Assembly (NCBI RefSeq): GCF_009914755.1
Contig: NC_060936.1
Strand: one strand, 5' to 3'
Source of the DNA: the human T2T-CHM13v2.0 reference genome, Homo sapiens
DNA: 64,000 nucleotides
The notes below the pieces were generated by a model, which saw only the letters and a program-made list of their open reading frames with translations, searched no databases and was not told the origin of the DNA. This document shows, in pieces, positions 28,084 to 42,223 of the stretch; the first letter of the stretch is position 1, and each line of letters opens with the position of its first letter. Position numbers and translations under genes: made by a program.

Positions 28084-28425
28084 TGCCATCAGTCAGGGTT
28101 CTCCAGGAACACAGAACCAATAGATTTATTTGAAGGACTTGGCCCGTGTCTGCGGGGGGCTGGCAGGCCTGAAATCTGTTGCTGGCAGCTCCGGGGAGTG
28201 AATTCTGCAGCCTTGAGGCAGAATTCCTTCTCTGGGAAACCGGTTTTTGCTCTTACGGCCTTCCACTGATGTAGGAGGCCCACCCATATTTTCAGGGTAA
28301 TCTCCTTCACTCAAAGCCAACTGATTGTGGCATTAACCACATCTACAAAGCACCTGCATTCACAGCAGCGCCTAGATTAGTGTTTGACTCAGCCTAGCCA
28401 AGCCAACACGTACAACTACCTACCT
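28084..28425 (-). mobile_element. MLT2-family (ERVL) solo LTR in HNF1A intron 9
   Basis: Ends resemble MLT2 termini: AGTCAGGGTTCTCCAGGAACACAGAACCAATAG and GCCTAGCCAAGCCAACACGTACAAC; minus-strand AATAAA at 28125-28130. Confidence 0.7.
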
Positions 28426-28679
28426 CGGCATCTCACCGGGGCTTCTCCAGTGTTCACACTAAGATGTACTCAGGCCACTCCATGGGCGGCCGTGGACCCT
28501 GGCTGGGAGGCTCCCTTTGTTAAGAACCGAGGGTAGAGGTGTGACTTTGGGGTTCCTGTTATCTGCTGTGATCCAGGAGGTGTGGCCCTGCCTCCCCATC
28601 CTGAGTACCCCTAGGGACAGGCAGGTGGGGTGGGTGTGGGTGCCTGGTGGGTGGCCAGCAGCCTTGTTTGCCTCTGCAG

Positions 28680-28807
28680 TGTCCTCCAGCAGCCTGGTGC
28701 TGTACCAGAGCTCAGACTCCAGCAATGGCCAGAGCCACCTGCTGCCATCCAACCACAGCGTCATCGAGACCTTCATCTCCACCCAGATGGCCTCTTCCTC
28801 CCAGTAA
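28680..28807 (+). CDS. HNF1A: HNF1A exon 10 coding part, c.1769-1896
   Basis: TGCAG|TG; [44 protein letters not shown] at 28805-28807. Exon lengths sum to 1896 nt. Confidence 0.99.
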
Positions 28808-30084
28808 CCACGGCACCTGGGCCCTGGGGCCTGTACTGCCTGCTTGGGGGGTGATGAGGGCAGCAGCCAGCCCTGCCTGGAGGACCTGAGCCTGCCGAGC
28901 AACCGTGGCCCTTCCTGGACAGCTGTGCCTCGCTCCCCACTCTGCTCTGATGCATCAGAAAGGGAGGGCTCTGAGGCGCCCCAACCCGTGGAGGCTGCTC
29001 GGGTTGCACAGGAGGGGGTCGTGGAGAGCTAGGAGCAAAGCCTGTTCATGGCAGATGTAGGAGGGACTGTCGCTGCTTCGTGGGATACAGTCTTCTTACT
29101 TGGAACTGAAGGGGGCGGCCTATGACTTGGGCACCCCCAGCCTGGGCCTATGGAGAGCCCTGGGACCGCTACACCACTCTGGCAGCCACACTTCTCAGGA
29201 CACAGGCCTGTGTAGCTGTGACCTGCTGAGCTCTGAGAGGCCCTAGATCAGCGTGGCCTTGTTCTGTCACCAATGTACCCACCGGGCCACTCCTTCCTGC
29301 CCCAACTCCTTCCAGCTAGTGACCCACATGCCATTTGTACTGACCCCATCACCTACTCACACAGGCATTTCCTGGGTGGCTACTCTGTGCCAGAGCCTGG
29401 GGCTCTAACGCCTGAGCCCAGGGAGGCCGAAGCTAACAGGGAAGGCAGGCAGGGCTCTCCTGGCTTCCCATCCCCAGCGATTCCCTCTCCCAGGCCCCAT
29501 GACCTCCAGCTTTCCTGTATTTGTTCCCAAGAGCATCATGCCTCTGAGGCCAGCCTGGCCTCCTGCCTCTACTGGGAAGGCTACTTCGGGGCTGGGAAGT
29601 CGTCCTTACTCCTGTGGGAGCCTCGCAACCCGTGCCAAGTCCAGGTCCTGGTGGGGCAGCTCCTCTGTCTCGAGCGCCCTGCAGACCCTGCCCTTGTTTG
29701 GGGCAGGAGTAGCTGAGCTCACAAGGCAGCAAGGCCCGAGCAGCTGAGCAGGGCCGGGGAACTGGCCAAGCTGAGGTGCCCAGGAGAAGAAAGAGGTGAC
29801 CCCAGGGCACAGGAGCTACCTGTGTGGACAGGACTAACACTCAGAAGCCTGGGGGCCTGGCTGGCTGAGGGCAGTTCGCAGCCACCCTGAGGAGTCTGAG
29901 GTCCTGAGCACTGCCAGGAGGGACAAAGGAGCCTGTGAACCCAGGACAAGCATGGTCCCACATCCCTGGGCCTGCTGCTGAGAACCTGGCCTTCAGTGTA
30001 CCGCGTCTACCCTGGGATTCAGGAAAAGGCCTGGGGTGACCCGGCACCCCCTGCAGCTTGTAGCCAGCCGGGGCGAGTGGCACG

Positions 30085-30090
30085 TTTATT
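30085..30090 (-). terminator. Candidate C12orf43 poly(A) signal AATAAA
   Basis: TTTATT on +; the first canonical hexamer I found downstream of the C12orf43 stop. Confidence 0.6.
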
Positions 30091-30098
30091 TAACTTTT

Positions 30099-30104
30099 AG
30101 TAAA
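30099..30104 (+). terminator. HNF1A poly(A) signal (AGTAAA variant)
   Basis: I found no AATAAA/ATTAAA in the UTR; a U-rich element lies just upstream. Confidence 0.65.
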
Positions 30105-30317
30105 GTCAAGGAGAAATGCGGTGGAAACTTCTTGCTTGTCCACAAATCATTCAGATGGGGTTTGGGCAGGTAGCGGGAGGCTGGGGCAGGCCAGAGGCCT
30201 GCGAAGAGGAGACAGGCTCCAGCACCCACGCTCTCACACCCCACATCTCTGCTTTTCTTGCTCTGCTGAGACTCTAATGACAAAGCCAGATTTCATCTTA
30301 ACCTCAAGCTTCTACTT

Positions 30318-30942
<625 letters not shown>

Positions 30943-31766
30943 AGCTTCTACTTCTTGCAGAATGCCTTTGTCCCATGAAACCTAGTCCACGAGTGCTATG
31001 ACACTTCCTGAAGTCTTGGGTGGGGTGAACGCACAAATCCTGGGGGTGTAGAGAGGAGGAGGATGTTTACTTAAAATGTCTTAAGGTTCAGCATTGACAG
31101 AGAGGCAATATCCAAATCACTCTAAGTTTTGTTTTGGGTCCTCTGACAATTGAGTTTCCATAATCTGGTCGGCTCAGAGACACCATCATGTGTGGTATAT
31201 TCACAAATGCAGACAAAGAAAATTCTAGAAAGCCAGGGGTGAAAAAGCTCTCCTTTCTCAGACGATTCTGTTAAGTCTATGTGGGCTAAGGAGAGAAGAA
31301 CAAAAGTTTCTCTGGGCCTTGGCCTCTTGGGGATCCCTTCTCTCATTTTCTAAAAACTGTTTCTCACACCAGGCTAAGGAGGTGGTGGGGAAGGTCTCCC
31401 TTCCCCTGCCCACCTCAGACAGTTCTAGGGAGATGGAGGTTTCACCACTTGGCCACTAGTCTCAAATAACTGGAAGGTTCCTTTTTTCCTGAGGTCATGA
31501 AATGTTCTGGAACCACAGCGCCCCCGCCAGCCCTCCGTGGGAGCACAGAGGGGCAGGCCTTGATTGGTCTTCTCACCCTACAGCCACTTTTTTGGCCCAA
31601 CTCTCGAGCAAGCCTTCATCACCATCAGGGTCTCATGGGCAGTCTGGGTTTGCCAGCCCAGTCCTTGAACTTGGAGAGGGAGGTGGGGCTTGGAAATGCC
31701 TTGTCCCCAGGGTGGGGGGGACACCTTGTCCTTGGAGCTGGCTGAGCCCTGTGCCCATGGCTGGGT

Positions 31767-32103
31767 TCAGTTTGCAGGTATAGCTGTAGCACTCTTTGCT
31801 GGTGGGAATGGAGAGGTCTCGCTGGCCTTCTTTGCCTTTTTCTTCTTTTTGGTCCCAAGCGACACCTGGTCCCCGTTGAGCTCACCTGACTTCTGCTTCT
31901 GGACTGTGGCCATGCTGGTGGGGGTGGTGGCAGCGACAGCCGAGTCGACACTGGCCACCTTCTTGGCTTTCTTTTTCAACTTCCTTTTCTTCTTTGCCTC
32001 CTTCTCCACTGTTCCAGGGCTGTGGATGGCTGACTCCTGTAGGATGTCGGACGCCGACACAGCTGCCTCCCGGCACCGCCGCCACTCCTCGTCACTGTCC
32101 TCA
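31767..32103 (-). CDS. C12orf43: C12orf43 exon 6 coding part (Lys-rich NLS/nucleolar-type segments)
   Basis: EDSDEEWRRCREAAVSASDILQESAIHSPGTVEKEAKKKRKLKKKAKK...SATAIPAN*; NAGNAG acceptor; TGA at 31769-31767. Confidence 0.95.
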
Positions 32104-32616
32104 CTGCTGCAACGAGAGGGTACCCTGGGTTAGCTGGAGTCAGGACACAGCCCCAGAGCTGCCTCTCGCTGTCCTCCCTTGGTCCAGGTCACCAGAAGGT
32201 GGCCGCAGAGAGAGGCAGGTAGTGAGTTCAGGCTTGGGAGTGAGGCCAACCTGGCTTCCAATACTGGCTTCTGGGCGTAGCAGCCTTGTGACCTCCTTAA
32301 GTGACTTAACCTCTCTGACTGTATCATCTCTAAAACGGGGATCTTAACAGAGTCCAGGCCTCCCAGGGATGTCCCAGGAGGCAACTATGATCAAGTGAGG
32401 TGTCTGGCCCAAGACAGGTGCTCAAAAGCAGTAAACATCCAAAGCTGCCGCCAAGAGGGCTTTCCCTCCCGCTGAGCTCACGATTTCTCCAGCTGCCTGA
32501 CAGGGCCACTGCCTTGGCCTGGTCCTGACTGGAGTCTGCTTGGCTATTCCAGGGAACCCACCAAGACAGAAGAGGAGAAAAAAGGAGGGGACGTGAGGAG
32601 AGGTGTGAGTTCTCAC

Positions 32617-32707
32617 CTGGAGCTGGAGGGCTGTCGCTTTCGGCGGGGTTGGGGAGACTCTTCCTTCTCACGGCCTCCAGGGACAGATGTGAAGAAAAGG
32701 CGGAAAC
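32617..32707 (-). CDS. C12orf43: C12orf43 exon 5
   Basis: TAG|GT TTC CGC; FRLFFTSVPGGREKEESPQPRRKRQPSSS; donor AG|GTGAGA. Confidence 0.93.
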
Positions 32708-32730
32708 CTAAGATTCAATGGGGCAGAGTC

Positions 32731-32933
32731 AAACAAAAACAAAACAAAACAAAAAGAAACATAAAAAAATAAAAAATAAAGAAACAAAAAAGAAAAAAAT
32801 TTTAAAAAGGAAAACGAAAGAAAGAAAAGATAAAGAGAAACAAAAAAAAAATTTTAAGAAGACACAAAATAAAAAAATTTAAAAAAGAAACAATAACAAA
32901 AAAACCCAACCAAGCAAACAAACAAAGAAAACA
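32731..32933. repeat. ~200-nt A-rich (U-rich in pre-mRNA) low-complexity tract
   Basis: Read directly. Confidence 0.95.
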
Positions 32934-33932
32934 AAGGAGCAGAGTCAGCACCCCCAGATGCCAGCCCCTCCTCCCAGGTGCCAGGTGCTGAAGCTGCCCC
33001 GCCTCTGCCCTCAGGAGCTCCTGGTCCAGAGGCAAAGACCCAGGAATCAGTCGTCTAACTACAAAGTGATTCTGCATCTGCCAAGGGTCATGCTGATGCC
33101 TGATGGAGCCAGTGGAGGGCGCGCTGGAGCAGGAGCCAGCAGCCACATCAGCTCAGCAAGCCCTCAGAGGCTTCTGGAAGTCAGCACTTGAGCTCCTGAC
33201 CTAAGGCAGCCTTCAAAGTGGCAAATGTGTTGGTACAGGACAGACGCAGATGGGCGAGGCTGTGGAGGGCAGCAGTAAAGTGCTCCTGCTCAGGGTGACA
33301 CAGACGAGGCCGCCTCAGGCAAATGACTTCGTTTCTCAGGGCCTCAGTCTCCTTGTCTGTACATGGGGTTCAATCATAATACCTGCCTCACCACAGGGGC
33401 TGAGCAGATGAAAGAATGGTGAGGTGGCCCATGCCTGTAACCCCAGTACTTTGGTAGTCTGAGGCGGGAGGATAGCTTGAGGCCAGGAGTTTAAGACCAG
33501 CCTGGGCAACATGACAGAACCCTGTCTCTAAAAAAAAATACAAAAATTAGCCAGGTGTGGTGGGGCACGCCTGTAGTCCCAGAACTTTGGAAGGCTAAGG
33601 TGGGCAGATGGCTTGAGGCCAGGAGTTCAAGACCAGCCTGGGCAACATAGCGAGATCCTGTCTCTAAAAAACATAAATAATTAGCCAGGGGTGGTGGTGT
33701 GTGTCTGTGGTCCCAGCTACTCAGGAAGCTGAGGTGGGAGGACTGCTTGGGTCCGGGAGGTTGAGGCTGCATTGAGCTATAATTGCTCCACTGCACTCCA
33801 GCCTAGGTGGCAGAGAGAGTTCCTATCTCAAAAAAAAAAAAAAAAAAGAATATACCAAAACTGTTTCGCCCACCTCCAGACACACATTAGGTGCTTAATA
33901 AATGATAGCTTCTATTAAGTATAACCACTCAC

Positions 33933-34006
33933 CATCATCCTCCAAAGCGACTTTCTGTACCTTAGCTTTTGCTGGCTCCTTTGCTGCTTCTGAGATGGTA
34001 ATGAAG
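33933..34006 (-). CDS. C12orf43: C12orf43 exon 4
   Basis: GTAG|C TTC ATT; FITISEAAKEPAKAKVQKVALEDD; donor G|GTGAGT. Confidence 0.95.
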
Positions 34007-34359
34007 CTACAGGGAGACGAGACGGTTGATTTAAGATGAGATTTTTGGATAACGACAAAAACAAAATTCTTTTTCAAGTGGAGGGGATGGGGTATGTGAT
34101 TGTAAATGCAAAAGCGAAAGCGTGCTGGCCTAGTAAGAGGGCTGATGGTCTGGTTATAACATGCTGACCAGCCTCTGCCACGCGAACTGCAGTGCTTCAT
34201 TTCTTTAAAGCCCACTTTATTCCAGTAAGTGTTGAAGAAGTTTTAAAGACAGTAAAACAAGATGAGGCCAGGCATGGTGGCTCACGCCTGTAATCCTAGC
34301 ACTTTGGGAGGCCAAGGCAGGCAGATCATGAGGCCAGGAGATCGAGACCATTCTGGCTA

Positions 34360-34627
<268 letters not shown>

Positions 34628-35669
34628 CTAGAAGTGTAGTCAGGAAGTCCTATACACTTGTTAGAGAGAGGGCATACATTTTGCTCTGAGCTTCCTAGCA
34701 GCAAGCATGAAAAGGGAAATATGACCAATCTAGAAAACTGGTTCAGAGGACAGCTTCTGGAGCAGGGCAGACCTGTTTTTAAATTTTTTTTTTTAATTAA
34801 AAGAAATTGGAGATAATTGTAGACATGCAGTAGCAACAAATAATGCAGATGTTCCATAGACCCTCCATCCATTTTCTCGCAATGGTAACATTGTGCCTCG
34901 CTATAGTACAACATCACAACTAGGAAATGCAAATTGATCCAATTCATGGACCTCATTCAGACTTCAGAGACCTGGGTTTTGAATCCCGGTTTTGTCACTT
35001 ATTAGCTATGTCCCTTAAGCAAATGACTTTATCTCTCTGAGTCTCTGTTATCCACCTGTGCAGTGGGAACGATGAAGGTCCCTACCTCTTAAGGTTGTCA
35101 CAAGGATTGAAGGGGAAAATGGATATCAAGCACTTGTGGCACACGGCCTAGCCACAAGTAGCTGCTCAGCAAATGGTAGCTATGATGACGATGCAGATGA
35201 TGACTGTCATCAAGAAAAGCTTCAGCCTTCACAGGCTCTCTAACATAAAAATAAACCACATTTCTCTAGAGGCACAAGGCCAGGAAGCATGTGTCTGGTG
35301 AGTGCAGATGGAGATGCCACTGTGCACAGCAGAGAACAAGGCTCTCAGCAATGCCCTCGAGGCAGACGCAGCAATGCCCTGGGTGCTTTCCCTAACCTCC
35401 CTTCCTGTATGCCAAAGGTGCCCCCCAAGCCCTGTTCAGGAAAAGCAACCCGGGGAGAGGGAGTAGAGATGATGCCACCCAGGCACCTGTTCTTGACCCC
35501 ACACAGTGGTTCAATGGTGGCCATCAGGGGCATTTGGCAATGTCTGGAGACATTTTTGGATGTCACAACTGGTGGGGTGAGTGCTACTATCATCTAGTAG
35601 GTAGAGGCCAGGGACGTTGGTAAACATCCTATAATGGGAAGAAGGATAGACCCCCACGACAAATGCTAG

Positions 35670-36096
<427 letters not shown>

Positions 36097-38434
36097 TAAC
36101 CATGGCTGACTGGCATTTCTACTGCAGAAACATCTCTGTGACTCAGTGCAATGCCAAGCAGGCCCTGTTCAGCCTGAAGCCAGAGAGTCACAAAGGAAAA
36201 CTGCTCCCACAGGCTGAAATGCAGCTGCCTTCCTAAACACCTCCTCTACTTTCTCCAATTGAGGGGAACCCTGTGGGATTCAGGCTGCGGGGCTCTGGCC
36301 CATCATTCTGTCTCAGAAGAATAGCTGGTTCACACTTTGGGAAGGCTCATTTGTCCTTTTTGATATCTACTTTGAATGGAATGACAATGGCCCCAAATCC
36401 TGCCTCATCTCCCTTTCAAAACCCTGCCAGGGCTCTGCCAGTCAGGAACAGATCTAGACCAGTGTATCCCCAGACCTGTTCCGCAGGTTGTTGACTGGTT
36501 TTCCATGAAACAAAGGCACTGTGGCCAAACAAGTTTGGAAAATGCTGGGCTAAACAGTTACACAGGTCTCTTCACTACAGGAATTCTCAGAGCCTTGAAT
36601 ATACTACTCTGGCTTGCAGTCTGCAAGGACACGTGGAGGTATGTAGATTGCAGTGTTTCTCACGCTTCTTTGCTGTTGGACCTCCTTTTTTCTAAAGCCA
36701 CGCTTTGGGCTAGTGCTAGAATCCAAATGTTTGTGTCCTCCCCAAATTCTTATGGTGAAATCCTCACCCCAGCTGGGCATGGTGCCTTACACCTGCAATC
36801 CCAGCACTCTGGGAGGCCGAGCCGGTGGATCACTTGAAGTCAGGAGTTCGAGACCAGCCTGGCCAACATAATGAAAACCCATTTCTACTGAAAATACAAA
36901 AAATACAAAAAATTAGCCAAGCGTGGTGGGTGCGCACCTGTAACCCCAGCTACTCAGGAGGCTGAGGCATGAAAATCGCTTGAACCCAGGAACTGGAGGT
37001 TGTTGTGAGCCGAGATCACGCCACTGTGCTCCAGAGGGAGACTCTGTCTCCAAAAAGAGAAAAGAAAAAGAGAAATCCTCAACCCAAGGTATTAGGATTA
37101 GGAGATGGGGGCCTTTGAGAGGTGATTAGGTCGGGAGGGTGGAGCCTTGATGAATGAAATTGCTGCTCCTATAAAAAAGGTCTGAGAGAGACCCCTCGCC
37201 CATGCCACTATGTGAGGACACAGTAGGAAGGCGCCATCTGTACTGGGAAGAGGGCTCTCCCCAGACACTGAATCTGCTGGTGCCTTGATCTTGGACTTCT
37301 CAGCCTCCAAAATGTGAGAAATCCATTTATTTTGTTTATAAGCTACCCAGTTTATGTTATTTTGTTATAGCAGCCCATATGGACTCAAACAGGTTGTATC
37401 CTTGACACCTACTTTAGGAATGCCAACCTGAATCCTTACCGACTGGGTTATCAACCTGTGCTGAGAATGTAAGATAGAGACCTGGCACAGTGTCTAGCAT
37501 ACAGAAGGCACCCAAGAAATAGGAACACGGTCCTTCCTTGCCCTCTTGTGGCGGGAATGAGCTTCTCGATGTTCCTCTCTTACTCTCATGGTTGCAGGAT
37601 AATGCAGGGGTTAAGAACATGGGCTTGGCCCGGCACAGTGGCTCACGCTTGTAATCCCAGCACTTTGGGAGGCCAAGGCAGGTGGATCACTCGAGGTCAG
37701 GAGTTCGAGATCAGCCTGGTCAACACGGTGAAACCCCGTCTCTACTAAAAATACAAAAATTAGCCTGGTATGGTGGCAGGTGCCCGTTAAGTCCAGCTAC
37801 TTGGGAGGCTGAGGCATGAGAATCGCTTGAATCCAGGAGGTGGAGGCTGCAGTGAGCCAAGATTGTGCGTGCCACTGCACGCCAGCATGGGCGACAGAGT
37901 GAGACTCTGTCTCAAAAAACAAAACAAAACAAAAAAATGTGGGCTTGGAGTCAGACGCACTTGGGTTTGAGGCCCAATTCTGTTCCCTCCTGGGTTCTGA
38001 ATCCTGGCTTTGTCACTTAATAGCGGTGTCCCCTGGGCAAATGACTTTGCCTCTCTGAGCCTCAGTTACCCATCTGTACAGTGGGAATGATAACAGTCCC
38101 TACCTCTCAGGGTCATCAGAAGGATTAAATGAGAAAATGGACATCAAGCACTTAGCACAGAGCCTGGCCACAAACAGTTGCTCAGTAAATGGTAGCTGTG
38201 ATGATGATGTGACTTCAGGCACACCTGTCTCCTTGCTGACAGCCTGTTTCCTCACCTGGAGGATAAAGGTAACAACAGGACCCACATGATAATGTTCTTT
38301 ATAAATGCAGGGAGATGACATATGCCAGGTGCCTGCCACCGTGCCAGCCTGGACACCGTGAGCTCCCAGCCAATGTGAGCCATTGCTGTTCATATTAACA
38401 AGGGCAAGAGAGGAGAAACTCCACCTTTGTTTAC

Positions 38435-38533
38435 CTGTCCAGCAGGGCTCCCAGCTTCTTGGCTACGTGGGCTCGGAATTCAGGGGTGGTCTGAAGCTCG
38501 TTGCCATCTTGTTCATGCTCATTCACCTTATGC
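38435..38533 (-). CDS. C12orf43: C12orf43 exon 3
   Basis: GTAG|G CAT; HKVNEHEQDGNELQTTPEFRAHVAKKLGALLD; donor AG|GTAAAC. Confidence 0.95.
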
Positions 38534-38710
38534 CTACGACACACACAAAGAGACCTCACTTCCTGCCCGCTCAGAAGCTGTCCCCATGAGCACAGGGACC
38601 ATGTGTGTCTTGTTCACCTGGAAATGCCAGGCGTGAAGCCTAGCATCTGGCACACGCAGGGGATCAGTATTTGTTGAATAAGTGAAACTTGAACCCAAAG
38701 TGCATAGTAC

Positions 38711-38753
38711 CTGAGGCTCGGTTGGGAGGTTGACAACTGGCTATTTGCAGCAC
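38711..38753 (-). CDS. C12orf43: C12orf43 exon 2
   Basis: ACAG|GT GCT; AANSQLSTSQPSL; donor AG|GTACTA; phases fit the neighbouring exons. Confidence 0.93.
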
Positions 38754-38844
38754 CTGTGGAAAAATGAAAATTAGGGCATTTATAGAGGAAACAATGACAG
38801 CAACAACAAATGCGTGCCAGGCACTATTTTCAGCAGCTTAAAAT

Positions 38845-39152
38845 ACATATAACTCATATATATACATACACATGTAACTCATATATATTATATTTATATA
38901 TAACTTAAAATAGTTATATACCCATAACTTCAAATAGTTACATATAATTTAGTTATATATGTATATAATATAGTTACATATTTTATGTAAGTACATTATA
39001 TATATATATATCTTAGTTATATAACTTAAAATATATATATAACTTAGTTATATATATAAAACTTAAAATAGTTATATATATAACTTAGTTATATATACAT
39101 AAAACTTAAAATAGTTATATATGTAACTTAAAATATATATAACACATATAAC
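38845..39152. repeat. AT-rich (TA)n-derived quasi-palindromic repeat
   Basis: Repeated ATATAACTTAGTTATAT and AACTTAAAATAGTTATAT. Confidence 0.9.
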
Positions 39153-40271
39153 TCAGTGAATCTTCCCAACAACCCGATTGGAGGGATTACAATTATCCCA
39201 TTTTGCAGAAGAAACGTCAAAGATATGTAAAATAACTTGGCCAGAGTCAAATACCTAATAAGTGACAGGGTTGGGCTGGGGGCCCAGGCCATCTGACTCC
39301 TGAGCCCCCTCTTAACCACCACGCTGTGCTGAACAGGCAGGTCTAAGTGTGATTTGACTGCACAGTTTAATGCCTGCCTGGCTGTGTGCTAAGTGCCGTG
39401 GAAGAGAGAGAAGATGGCTCTTTTGTGGATCACATTTTTCAAGCCAAAACGGTGGGGATGCCCGGCCTTTTGGTCATTCCCTCAAACCAGATACTGAATG
39501 CCTTTTATTAACCAGGTGTTGTCATTGCTGAGCAACTTACTCGACTATCACTGTCTGCAGGAGCTTACATTCTAGTTGGTGGAGAGAGATGATAAACACA
39601 CATACGTAAACAAAATGTCAAGTTGGATAATGCTAAGTGTATGGAAAAAAACGGAAACAAAGTAGGCGAGAGAGGTGGGGAGTGTTGGGCTGGGGATTGT
39701 TAACATAAAGGTGGGCAGAGAGGGCTTCACTGATAAGGCAACATTTGAACAGAGATTTGAGAGAGGAGAGGGAGTGAACCAAGTGGACATGTGGGACACA
39801 GCCTTCCAGGCAGAGGGAAAGCATCTGCAAAGGCCCTGAGACTGGAGCCTGCTTTGTGTGTTTAGAACCAGCAAGGAGGTCAGTGTGACCAGAGCCTGCC
39901 CAGTAAACCGGGAGCAGCAGAGATGGAGAACTCAGAGGGGCCAGATCATGAAGGGCCCTGACGTGGGCTAATGGGAGGACCTGGACTTTGAGGAGGAGGA
40001 GCTCTGGAAATGAGCAGAGAAGGGACATAAACTGACCTGGGTTTTGACAGAACATCTTTGGCTGCTGTGCAGCGTGAGACTGTTGGGGCAAAGGCAGGAA
40101 CACGGAGTCTGCTGCAGTAATTGATGTGGTGAGAAGTGGGTGAACTCCAGATAGATGAACTTTTAAGATGGAGTCAAGGCCGGGCGCCGTGGCTCACGCC
40201 TGTAATCCCAGCACTTTGGGAGGCTGAGGCAGGCGGATCACGAGGTCAAGAGATCGAGACCATCCTGGTCA

Positions 40272-40476
<205 letters not shown>

Positions 40477-41627
40477 TCAATAGGATTCACTGATGGACTG
40501 ACTACAGGGCGTGAGAAATGAGTGAAAGTTAGCTCTGAGGTTTCTGACTTAACTAACAAGACAAAACGTGCTTGTATATTTAAGGGGCCAACTGAACAAA
40601 GTGGACACTTGGTAGCTCCGGGCCCAGTGGAGGGCCATGGTGTAAGAAACAGCTCCATGGGGGCACTGCTGTGTTTATGTCATCACCCATACACATTGCA
40701 TCTGTGTCCTAGTACCTTGTGGTCTGTGTCACTGTACTCCAGAGCACAACACAGAATGCTAAACACGCCCCATGCTCCTGGAGGTGGGTAATGTGGGGGC
40801 CTGGATGGACAGTCTTTAAAGACCTGGTCTTTCGTCTTCAGCACATAATCACTTGGAAGAAGAGCATCTCTTCCATCATGACTACAGTGTGATGAAGGTG
40901 AGGTACCGTCAGGGAACAGAAACAGTATTACAGAGGGAGACAGTTCAGTTGAGTCCTGGCTCTGCCACCAAGCTGTGTGATGCCGGGCAAGTCACTTTCT
41001 CTCCCTGAGCCTTTGTTTTTCTCATCTATAAAATGGGAATACGATTACCAACCTTCTGGAGTCAGTGTTGTGGACGCTGTTTCCATACCCATCCCCTTCC
41101 TGGATTTGTAAGCTACTTGAATACGTGGTCTGCCTCTTTTTACCTCTGTATCCCCAGATCCTGCCATAGTGTCTTGGTTTGAATTAATTGTCAGAAAAAT
41201 AAGTCAAAGTAGATGCCACCCTAAAATTAAAGTGGTTTGAGTGACGAGTTCATCACTGGATTTAAGAGCTGTCTCTAGAGGTTACATAAATAAAATAGTG
41301 ACCTATATTTCCACAGTCATGGACCAAAGGGTGGGAGTTTTGACCACAATAGACACTTGTCCATGGCAGAGTGGCACAGCAGCAATGAAGAGCATGGACT
41401 TGGGAGTCAGGTAGGCCTGGGTTTACGCCTGGTTCTGCCACTCACAAATTGGACAACCTTGGCCAAGTTATTTTACCATTATGAGAATCAGTTTTCTGTA
41501 AAATGGGGCTAATACACCCTCTTGTGGCATTGCTGGGAAGATGAAAACAGACAACAAATACAAAGTGTTTAGAACAGGGGCAAAAAGAAAATTCTCAACT
41601 CCTGGTGGCTATTACTAGACGCACTCA

Positions 41628-42223
<596 letters not shown>

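Larger units (their letters stand above)
28808..30126 (+). other. HNF1A: HNF1A 3' UTR (end approximate)
   Basis: Repeat-free sequence up to the variant poly(A) signal AGTAAA at 30099-30104. Confidence 0.75.

Noticed and set aside
29273-29716. 147-aa ATG ORF in the HNF1A 3' UTR
   Set aside because: No recognisable homology; expected by chance in GC-rich sequence.
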